Shown in pieces: positions 10,575 through 20,000 of a stretch of 20,000 nt of DNA. The position numbers and the translations under genes were made by a program. Source of the DNA: Priapulus caudatus (taxonomy: Eukaryota). Below the pieces are notes generated by a model. The model was given only the letters and a program-made list of their open reading frames with translations. It was not told where the DNA came from and searched no databases. The DNA is taken from positions 1,155,615-1,175,614 of the forward strand of contig NW_014577061.1 of assembly GCF_000485595.1 (NCBI RefSeq), given 5' to 3'. Within the stretch, counting starts at the first letter, position 1. Each line of letters begins with the position of its first letter.

Positions 10575-11901
10575 GGCGTGCAGAGAGTGGGAAGAGGCAG
10601 GGTGATAGACGGTAAAGAAAGTACATCAACGCATTCTGCGACGTATTACATAATGTAAGCCATACAACATAGTTTACGTATTCAGAAAATCCACGACCTC
10701 ACATTTTTTTCCACCGCTGATGAAATATCATATACGTATCTTTTCTCACCCAACACATTGCGTCCCTGCTATGCCCCAAGTTACGCGAGTACACATCCGA
10801 AGCACATCGCCAATGTTCATATTCTTGATGCCTAGCTACAGTAGACGTTTTTTTGCCGGGTGAGAGAAGACGCTCGAAGTTACAACGTTTTTTACTTACT
10901 GGAAATTACTTTAATTACTGGAAACTTTACCGGCATAGCGCGTACAGTGGCGCCACCCACATTGTAATCAAACGATCGTTAAAATCTTCTAGTGAATTTT
11001 TTAATGTAATTTAAAACTTTCTTTAACTGCGAAAATGTATTAACTCTACAGCCATATCTACATTCAGTGTGTCCTGACAGCTATAGGCAAGTTGGTGAGC
11101 TATAAGCAAAAGCTGGTTTTGTGAAACGATAAAAACAAAGATACTCTGCGAGTAAGATAACATAATAATAACTTTCGCAAGCTAAGCGAAGACCAATTTT
11201 GACACCAAACGCAAAAGCTATTAAAACTTCAGAACAACCGGGAACTGCTTTAAATTTTTAATTTGCTTAATGACAACAACGAGACAGACACACAGTTTTC
11301 CCATTTTTGTCTTTTTATTATTCGTAAGACTAGTAATCTAATTATTTTGTGATGCGGGTGCAATGTATCTCTTTGACCTCCAATCAACTTTTTTGCAATG
11401 ATGCAACTTTATGATTGCAACTTTTAATTGCTTATTTTCAGCCGGCTGCGCCGTGGAGCCGTCTAAAGCTGTGGAGAAGATTACCGACTCACGAGACGCG
11501 GATCTATAAGAAAATACCTCCCGTGTTAGCTAGGGTGCCATCTTTACGGGATTTACCTTGCGCATTTATACCCGCAATTATTACACATTATTAAAGCTGT
11601 AATGAATCGTGATAGATACTAATGATAAATATCGTATAATATATATTATATGTATATGGTATATCGTACTCGTGATAATCGTAATAAATACTAATGATCG
11701 TGATGTGCCACGCTCCAACGTTATGTACATAATCCATAACATAATACAGTGGGCGGGAACCACGCTGTAGTTCAGGATTGCCTCAAATATCCGCCAAATG
11801 TCTAGTTAAGATTGCAGATAGGTATCGCAGATATTTACCGTATTTGCCAGTGCAATCACACGCAAGTCAGCCTTCCGATGAGCATACGAGTATTTACAGT
11901 A

Positions 11902-12844
11902 GGGGAGACCGGGGACAATTGTAACACGGGGCAAATGTAACAGAGGTCCTCATTCTTAGTAGAAACGCGCTATATGTATACGCTCTTCACAGCGCATGCA
12001 CATTTCATTGCCCCACATGCTGTCCTGAGGGTAGGCAGGTTTACGCATCGAGAAACATTTGACAGCCAAAACATCGTTTTTTTAGCTGGACAAATATGTA
12101 CTTAAGCTATCACTGTCTTTTGTATATCATAAAAAAATAGGTTTTTAGGCCTGTATTTGGTCAAAGTTTCATTGACGAATACTAATGCTAAGATACAAAA
12201 ACAGCCCCCAAATTATGGCCGTCTCCTCGGGGGCAAATGTAAACAACGTGTTACAATTGCCCCTTGGCATGTATAAAAAGTATGTGTTTTACAAAATGTG
12301 TCTTGTTTATAAGGCAAAAAAGTAGCCTATCTATAAGCTCAAACATGAGAACTACATAACTTTGAATTAATGGGTCTGTAAATATGTTTTCTTCACAAGG
12401 CAATAAGTAGCTTATTTATATATTTTATTCATATGTAAATGAGTCAAGCATTCGTCATAGTTTTTATTAAAATTATTTTATTGTGGTTCTATAAATTGCT
12501 GTTTAATTGTTGAAAATCTGTTGAACTTATCACCTTTATAAAAAATATAAAAAATCTTTCTGAGGGATATGATTTGTTGGTACAATTGTATGTGTTACAA
12601 TTGCCCCATTGGTGTGTTACAATTGCCCCGTGTTGTGGGGCAATTGTAACACTTGACTTCCAGTTTTGAAATGATAATGGCTTCAAAATAACTTGTTTTA
12701 ACTTAACCCATAAGCCTAGTCATATTTTCCAAGGCGCAAGATATGCATCTTAATTTCATATACTCTCGAAGTAAAGTATGTTAACAAATAAAGTCGTTAC
12801 TGTCAGATATTGTAAGAAAAGTGCCTTACACAGTGTCTCCGGCC
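11902..12844 (+). mobile_element. Non-autonomous Tc1/mariner (pogo/Fot1-like) element, ~940 bp, TA flanks
   Basis: Left TA|GGGGAGACCGGGGACAATTGTAACAC. The right end is noisy here but clean in the 5433-5453 copy. The motif GGGGCAA(A/T)TGTAACA recurs in both orientations at about 11911, 11928, 12231-12263 and 12593-12651. No transposase ORF. The superfamily call is from recalled terminal motifs. Confidence 0.75.
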
Positions 12845-14180
12845 TACAGTTGGTCTCCGCTTAATTGGCAATCGCTACACGAGCAGTTGCTTATCGAAAA
12901 ACTATCCTTAGCACGCCTTATGTCCCACGCCGCTTACTTCGGCGACCACCGCGTAATCGGGCAGTGCGGCATGCTCTTCCCCACCTTCCCAATCAAAGGC
13001 AGGGACCTATATCTACTCTCGTCTATCGGATCATCCGAAGACAAACGAGAGCTGTGGCTCTCAACGCACGCGCGATGCCTTATGTGAACGGTGACTACCA
13101 GATCGCGTCATCAGTCGCAGGACCGGGGGGTAACAATAACAGGCCATATAGCCTTGACTAGAGAATGATATTGAAATCGATTAAAGTACAACCTGACAGA
13201 CTATATAGCGCGCCAAATTGTGCGCATTCACACGTCACCTCCTGAAAACCAACCCGGACCCGTATTTCTGACGCTACCAACCTTCGCGCCAGGCCCACAA
13301 AATCTACCAAGTCGAACGCATTAATTTAACGCTCGAATAAGATCAATTAAACCGCACACTCTCAAACTAAGACCTTTCCCCACCCTTACTAACCCAACAT
13401 CTAACCTCCATCCAGCTTCCGCCATCCCCATCGGCCCATCAAGCCCTCAGATAAACCCTGATCCAACCCCAGCCAACGGCCTACCAATCCTATCAACCCT
13501 ACCGCTAACTCGTATGCCACTCCAGGCCAACCTCTTACCACAATTTGCCAACTAACGCCCCAAGCACCACGCGCTCAAGGCAATCACATCCAATCCCCCA
13601 CCCAACCCGTACACTATATCCCACTCAACTCCCACGTCCCACCGAACCGGCCTTATTCCGGGCATCAACCGCCAGTCCCACAAACTCCCATCGGTCGGAG
13701 TCGAGTCGGTCGCAAGCCATACGATACATCGCTGTTGCCGCTGTCCTGAGAGTTCAACTCCTACCAGGCAGCCACGATTATTGTACAGTATGTAATTTTC
13801 TTACTGCTTATTTTTATCAAGAGTCTAATGAGAAGAAGTTTTAATTATGCCTATTTTTGAACTCTTGTAATTATAATACCTGAACCGTATACCATCGGCA
13901 TGGAATCATAAGCGCACAAAAGATTTTCGCGTATATACGTAACGCCACATTTCGTATTTGAATAAATTCGTACATATTCTCGTGTCTTTTGTGAACGTCA
14001 CGCCTCGTAAACACAAATATACGACAGTTCGCAGAGGAGAGTCGAGAAAAAGAAAAGAAGCAGACAGAGAAAGAAAAAGGGGAAGAAATAGAAAGACAAA
14101 AACAAGAAATAAATTGATAACAGAGGGTAAGGGGGGTAAAAAGGAATAAGGGGCACGAGAGGGAGAAAGAGATAGACAAA
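12643..14180 (+). repeat. Insertion-rich direct copy of 5265-6663
   Basis: Colinear from ATTGTAACACTTGACTTCCAG to GAGATAGACAAA; 1538 bp versus 1399 bp. Confidence 0.96.
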
Positions 14181-14209
14181 ATAAAGTAGATTAAGTATGA
14201 TAGATTAGC

Positions 14210-14256
<47 letters not shown>

Positions 14257-14545
14257 ATAGGTAGATAGATAGATAGATAGATAGGTGATAGATAGATAGC
14301 ATAGATAGATGTTAGATTAGAAGGATAGTATTCCAGATATGATTACGAGTAGTATAGATCGAGATAGATAGATAAATAGATAGATTGATAGCAAATAGTA
14401 TAGCATAGATAGATAGATAAGATAGATAGATAGATAGAATAGAAGATAGATAGATAGATAGTATAATCGGAGATAGATAGATAGATAGATAGATAATAAT
14501 AAATATATATTATATATATATATATATATAAATATATATGTAGTA
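14170..14545. repeat. Noisy (GATA)n/(TA)n tract
   Basis: Directly visible. Confidence 0.92.
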
Positions 14546-15534
14546 GATAAAATGATAAGACTATTTTAGATTGGTTCAAGAGAGAGGAAGGCGAGGAAGA
14601 GGCGGGTAAACCGCACAGTCAGCATGCTAGACAGAAAAGTCGAGAATGAGAGAAGTAAAGCGGCGTCCCCCCGATTGGGAACGTGCCTCGCTTACTAATA
14701 TTACAGAGCGTGTACTATTACGATAATCACTCACCGACAATATCAATTATTTTATGAACCGATACGAGCGCGCGCGGCAGTGTGTGTTTAATGCAATGAA
14801 AATATTTAGAACTGAATTAAGTATTGAAGACGGTCGCATGACAACAAGAACGATGCGAAACTCGAGAAGATTGAGAGAAAGAGAAAGAGAGAAGAGAGAG
14901 AGACGAGAGAGAGAAGAGAGAGAAGAGAGAAAGAGAAGAGAGAGCAAGTAAGAGCAGAGAGAGAAAGAGAAGAGTGAGAGAAATAAGAGAGAGTGTGTGG
15001 AAGTAGAGAGAGAGAGAGAAGGAGAGAGAGAGATAGGAGCAACGTAAGAGAGAGAAAGAGAAAGAGAGGTGGAAGAAATTAAGAGAGAGTGTGTGGAAGA
15101 GAGAGCAGAGAGGGGGAGAACTTTCTTATAGGATAGTATTACCGTAGGCTGCTAATATTAATTGAATATGTCTCCGTGTGGAAGCAATGAGTTGAGAGCT
15201 ATTGCATTGCGCTCACTTTTGAACGAACAGCGTCGGAGAAAGAGATAACCACGCGGAGAGGCATATGATCCTCTCCGACTAAACGATGAAACTATTACCC
15301 GGCGCATAGAGACTGCGTCGCGATAAATAGAGCTGAAATCTATGTGTACGCGCTCGAGGATGAACACTTCGCGGGGAACCTGCGTACATCGCCAGCGGGG
15401 CACCGGACTGGATAAATTCGTTCGTCGCTTCATTAATCCGGCCGATGAAGCGCAACGGTACTCCAGCGCGCCTCAAGTATTAATTCCGTGAAATCGCGAA
15501 CACGATACCAAAAATGTATTCAGTCAATTCGCGC
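14357..15534 (-). repeat. Copy B of the inverted duplication (partner 9347-10532)
   Basis: See copy A. The ORF-track peptides (e.g. SILNSVLNIFIA, HRFQLYLS) also recur on opposite strands. Confidence 0.93.
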
Positions 15535-15539
15535 AGCTT

Positions 15540-15774
15540 CCCCTCCTCCCTCCCCCTCGCCCCCCTCTCTCTCTCTCTCCTCTTCTCTAGGAGCTCGCTC
15601 CTGCGCTCGCTCTCTCTCTCTCTCGTCTCCGTTCTCTCTCGTCTTTCTCTCTTCTCTTTCCAGACTTTCTTCTCTCTCTCCTCTTTCTCCTTATCTCTCG
15701 TTCTCTAGCTTTTCTCCCTCTCTTCTTTCTCTCTCTGCTCCTCTTTCTCTTCTGCTCTCTAGCTCTCTCTCAGC

Positions 15775-15813
<39 letters not shown>

Positions 15814-16355
15814 ATCTTCTCTCATCTGAACTCTTTCTTCTCTTTCCCACGACTTTACCATCTCTCGTCTCTCTCGTCTCTCTTCTTTCTCTTACTCCAC
15901 TGCTCCCTCCTCCTACTTTCTCTCTCTCTCTCCTCTCCTTCTCATCTCTCTCTCGTCTCTTTCTCTTTAACCTCATCTCTATCTCTCTCCACTCCTCCAC
16001 TTTCTCCCTCCCTTCTTCATCTGTCTCTCCATCTCTCGGTTACTGCTCTCTCTCTCGTCTCCTTTCTCTTACTCTCGTCTCGTCTCTCTCTCTACTCGTC
16101 ATCTTCTTTCTCTTTCTCTTACTTTCTTTCTCTCCTTCCTCTCCCACTCTCCCACTTTCTTCTCCTCCCGCCTGCTCTCTCTCTCTTCTCTATTCCCTCT
16201 CACTCTCCATCCCCCCCTCTTCTCGCTTCCTCTTCTCTTTACCTCTCTCAACTCTCTCCCCTCTCTCTCTCTCGCTCTCGTCATCTTTCTCTCTACTTAT
16301 AACTTACGTCTCTATCTCCGTCCCTCGTCTCTCCTTCTCGGTCTCTCTCTCTCTC
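15540..16355. repeat. Long noisy (CT)n tract
   Basis: About 800 bp of pyrimidine-rich sequence. Confidence 0.93.
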
Positions 16356-17127
16356 AACGGAGCGACGCAGCGGCACGCTGGTTAGGTTTTCGACTACTCT
16401 TAACAAGCGCGCAAAGTTGCTGCGGCTCGGCGATGTGATGTACGTATTCCCGCGAGCGCAGCCGCAACGAAGTAGAGCCGGCGAGCAAAATCCGAGTTAG
16501 GGCGCAACGTGTAATACCATTACGGAGAGTTGCTCTAATACGATCGAAATCTGATTACGCAGGCCCGATATTGGACGTGTTTACGACAGACGCGAGAATC
16601 TCGCTCATTTCTCGCTATTACAGACAACGATTAATATCGCGAGTATCCTTGTATAAGAGGTGCAACTTTACATTCGCACGCGAAGGCGCACCATGTCGGA
16701 CATGTATATAATCCCTCTCAGTCTGCTACGATCGTTATCGTACCAGCGGCATAGCAGGCAGACTCCCATCTAACTCCCTCGCAACCGCGCACACCGCAGC
16801 CGCAAGCATATTGCGTGATTTCGACCGACTGCGAGGGCGTTTGCAATTAATTAGGATTTAATTGTGATTGAATGTCGCCGCTAGCTAGGAATATTCTCAT
16901 GGCCGGAGCCCCATCACAACGAACAGCGAGCTTAGTCCTGTCTGTGAAACACAGTCTGCGTGATGTAATTAAATCGTGACAGCCGCGGCGAATAAGCGCT
17001 GCGCGTTGTCACGTTCTACGGGGGCCCGGCACTCAGTAGTAAGTCGGCACTCCACGAACAAATGCCTGTCTATCATGGGCGGTGTATTGTTGAAACTGTG
17101 TGTCATTTCGTCACAGTTACAGTAACT

Positions 17128-17355
17128 ACACGCATACATGCACGCATGCACACACGCACACACACACACACCGCGCGCGCGACACACACGTCACGCACAG
17201 CGACGCACCAGACACACGACCCACGCACGACACACGACACGCGCGCACCACACACACCACCACCGACGCCCCGCACGCGCACACCGCACACACCGCGCCA
17301 CCACACACAATCACACACACACAACACACACACACACACACATCACACACACACG
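17128..17355. repeat. Noisy (CA)n/(GCAC)n tract
   Basis: Directly visible; followed by degenerate (CAGTGA)n to about 17432. Confidence 0.9.
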
Positions 17356-17688
17356 AGAGAGTTATAACAGTGACAGCGGCAGTAAAAGTAAAAGGACAGT
17401 GACAAGTGACCAGTGACGGTGACCGTGACAGCGCCCAATGAAAGTGTTTAGTGACGGTCGCCGCGACAGCGAACAGTGCAGTGACGTGAGACTAACATTG
17501 ATTCTCGCGTATGCACTTGACATGAGGCCGCGCGCCGAGCTGGCTTTCGCAACGCGGAAGAAATCACATCAGCGATGCAGGCAAGGATACTGTACAGCAG
17601 GGCTGGGATCTGCTCCTCATCCCTTCCATATATGTATGCTGCCCCCGTCGACAGCGCAATCCAAGCAGCTGTCGTTTATTTTTAACAG

Positions 17689-17812
17689 ATATCAACAGCA
17701 CCGCGCAAAATATTGGGGCGCTGGCGGCGTGTTCGCCTGGCGCTGGCGCCTCCATGAGTGTAAGCGGACCGGATCATATAGTCCCAACGAGAACTGCACG
17801 TACAGCCAGATG
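17689..17812 (+). CDS. Candidate internal exon, product unknown
   Basis: Acceptor TTTATTTTTAACAG and donor ATG|GTAACT. GC-rich interior open in two frames (YQQHRAKYWGAGGVFAWRWRLHECKRTGSYSPNENCTYSQM or INSTAQNIGALAACSPG...). Confidence 0.25.
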
Positions 17813-17928
17813 GTAACTTAATGTTGGCGAAAATACAACGCCTGCGTCCCCCAGTTAAATTAACACTTCAAGATTGCCAGTCCCGGACTATCTTGCTTTC
17901 AGGTAAGCGCGAGGTAATGCTCGACCTG

Positions 17929-17938
17929 NNNNNNNNNN
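17929..17938. other. Assembly gap, 10 N
   Basis: N run counted in the sequence. Confidence 0.99.
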
Positions 17939-18060
17939 GTAATCGATTTCGTCGTCATGAATTAGATCATATTACGCTTTCTCCATCCTTGCAGAATCCA
18001 ACACCCGACCCCGGTACACGTTGTATGAGGTGGGCGTGTAGGGGGGCGCGTAGTACTATG

Positions 18061-18063
<3 letters not shown>

Positions 18064-18098
<35 letters not shown>

Positions 18099-18144
18099 TG
18101 TGTGTGTGTTTGTGTTGTGTGTGTGGTGTGGAATGCGTAGCGTG

Positions 18145-18188
<44 letters not shown>

Positions 18189-18192
18189 TGTG
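18064..18192. repeat. (GT)n plus (GCGT)n microsatellites
   Basis: Directly visible. Confidence 0.95.
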
Positions 18193-18685
18193 TCAGTGTA
18201 TGTGTGGTGCAGTGATTTTTACTAACAACTGTTTTTTTCTCTGACAACAATACCATGTGAAGGTTAGGGATGTGATAGCCATCGCCGCAGTTACACTGCA
18301 AACCAGGCCCTGTACCGCGAACACAATGCATCACAATAGACACTATATATAGAGATATACTACTCCACGCCGTGCAACGTGAGCACATTGGTACCCACGC
18401 GAATCCTGCTAACAACGCGCTCGATGCACGCGCACGTGTGAGCAGACGAAGCCAAGAGTTTTTTTTTCGCCGACCGGCTTTATTTTTTAAGCTCGCATTT
18501 GCACCAAGCTCCAGTTTGTTGCCAGATCAGCCGCTTGTTGGCTATAGGCGGCCGCGTTGGCACGTCGTTTTCGCGCGACTTCGGCCTTGCGTTACCGCAA
18601 CGCTTCGCCCAAAAATAGCGCGGAACGTCTCATGGAAACATGGCCGTACGTCCGCCTGCTTGGGTCGGGGCGATTGTGTTCAGTT

Positions 18686-18733
18686 GATAGCGATAGTAGC
18701 GATAGCGATAGCGATAGCGATAGCGATAGTAGC
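18686..18733. repeat. (GATAGC)n hexanucleotide repeat
   Basis: Directly visible; source of the SD/AI dipeptide ORFs. Confidence 0.92.
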
Positions 18734-18980
18734 TATCGGGTGATGATGGAATATCAGTCAGCACCTGATTATCAGTTGTTGTTCACTTGCATGCGACTGT
18801 AGGCTTCGGTTTCGCTCATCACTATGAATCTGCAGACAGCCGCTGTAAGCCTTCCACGCGTCTGTCATGTGCAATGCACTATTCATCAATCTTCTTGCAT
18901 TTCCCGTTGCCAGAGGGATTTGGAGCCTCCGCGACAGAACAGCGAAAATTCAGGGTATAAATTAGCAATGCCCCTACGTA

Positions 18981-19217
18981 TATGGCAGGCGAGGTGGGAC
19001 ACAAATGGTATTTAGTGACTATCATATATTCCATTTAGTGACAGTCATTAAATCAACCAATCAGATACAACTTATTTTTTCTCAGCCAATCATAGGCATG
19101 GAATTATTGACAAACACTAAATGATTTAATGATAAACGCAAAATGATTTAGTGTAAGACACTAAATGATTTTGTGACAGTCACCAAATACCATTTGTGTC
19201 CCATCTCGCCTGTCATA
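18981..19217. mobile_element. MITE, 237 bp, ~44-bp TIRs, flanked by TACGTA on both sides
   Basis: Left TATGGCAGGCGAGGTGGGACACAAATGGTATTTAGTGACTATCA; right TGACAGTCACCAAATACCATTTGTGTCCCATCTCGCCTGTCATA (4 mismatches). TACGTA at 18975-18980 and 19218-19223. Confidence 0.92.
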
Positions 19218-19462
19218 TACGTATACCCTGTGCACGCGGCGAGGCGCATTCGCGAGATAGGGTGCATGGCCACAGCGCGATATGAAACGTGATAAGTACG
19301 TAATAAGCTGCTTTCAGAGCGAGTTGGGAGGCAGCGCGTCTGCCGGGAGAATTGTGTAGTTCGCTGTTGACACGACATGCCACATGATCGGCGTCGGGAG
19401 AGTTCGCACTAAGGCGCTGTAGATATTTCGTAATTAATCAGTCCAATTAGTGTGCCCGCCTA

Positions 19463-19547
19463 TGTGCGTGTGTGCGTGCGCGCGTGTCTGTGTGCGTCTG
19501 TGTGCGTGAGTGCGTGCGCGTGCCTGTGTGCGCGTTCGTGCATGTGT
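19463..19547. repeat. Mixed (GT)n/(GTGC)n tract
   Basis: Directly visible. Confidence 0.85.
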
Positions 19548-19610
19548 ACATGCGCTTTATGTTGTAACAGGAACAGTAAAATGAATGTATGAGACGTACC
19601 GTGTGTGTGG

Positions 19611-19640
19611 TGTTGTTGTTGTTGTTGTTGTTGTTGTTTC

Positions 19641-19739
<99 letters not shown>
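19611..19739. repeat. (GTT)n trinucleotide microsatellite
   Basis: About 43 units with one interruption; source of the poly-Q/N/T/V/L ORFs. Confidence 0.99.
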
Positions 19740-19829
19740 GTGCGCGCGCTTGTGCCTGTGTTTGCGGGCGGGCGCGCACAAGCGCCTGTGTGTGTGATGT
19801 CGGGTGAGTGTACATCAGAACCTGTAGTT

Positions 19830-19925
19830 GCGTGCGTGCATGCGTGTGTGTGTGCCTGTGCGCGCGTGCGTGCGTGCATGCATGCGTGTGCGCGTGTGCG
19901 TGTGTGTGCGTGTGTGCGTGTGCGG

Positions 19926-19990
<65 letters not shown>

Positions 19991-20000
19991 GGTGTGTGTG
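19830..20000. repeat. (GTGC)n/(GT)n microsatellite running to the window end
   Basis: Directly visible. Confidence 0.97.

Noticed and set aside
17700..17745. RAKYWGAGGVFAW as a GH18 chitinase motif, or DIN...GSY as an EGF-Ca exon
   Set aside because: Spacing and cysteine pattern do not fit within a single frame, so no product was assigned.
18267..18310. Minus-strand exon-like segment (GLVCSVTAAMAITSL)
   Set aside because: Weak polypyrimidine tract and donor, and no partner exons found.
19447..19879. Poly-Q/N/T/V/L proteins
   Set aside because: Open in five frames because they are (GTT)n; there is no coding context.

Overview
Repeat-saturated eukaryotic DNA, probably from an invertebrate animal (inference from abundant CpG, long GT/CT/GATA/GTT microsatellites and DNA-transposon debris). 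There is no prokaryotic operon, CRISPR array, rRNA, tRNA or confidently callable CDS. Many of the ORFs in the track are translations of microsatellites, and none of the rest matches a family I recognise. Supported content: (i) non-autonomous DNA transposons, namely two clean MITEs (1619-2046, 18981-19217), a ~940-bp Tc1/mariner-pogo-like element (11902-12844, partial copy at 5265-5451) and several hAT-like termini including a decayed transposase C-terminus at the left edge; (ii) a 26-bp minisatellite; (iii) a direct duplication (5265-6663 vs 12643-14180) and an inverted duplication (9347-10532 vs 14357-15534). The indel-dominated divergence of these duplications, and a 25-N gap beside one copy, suggest raw long-read gap filling rather than biology. 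Weak leads are a cluster of possible small exons at 17.7-18.95 kb and a degenerate hammerhead-like motif at 8.72-8.78 kb. I cannot support a novel biological system here.
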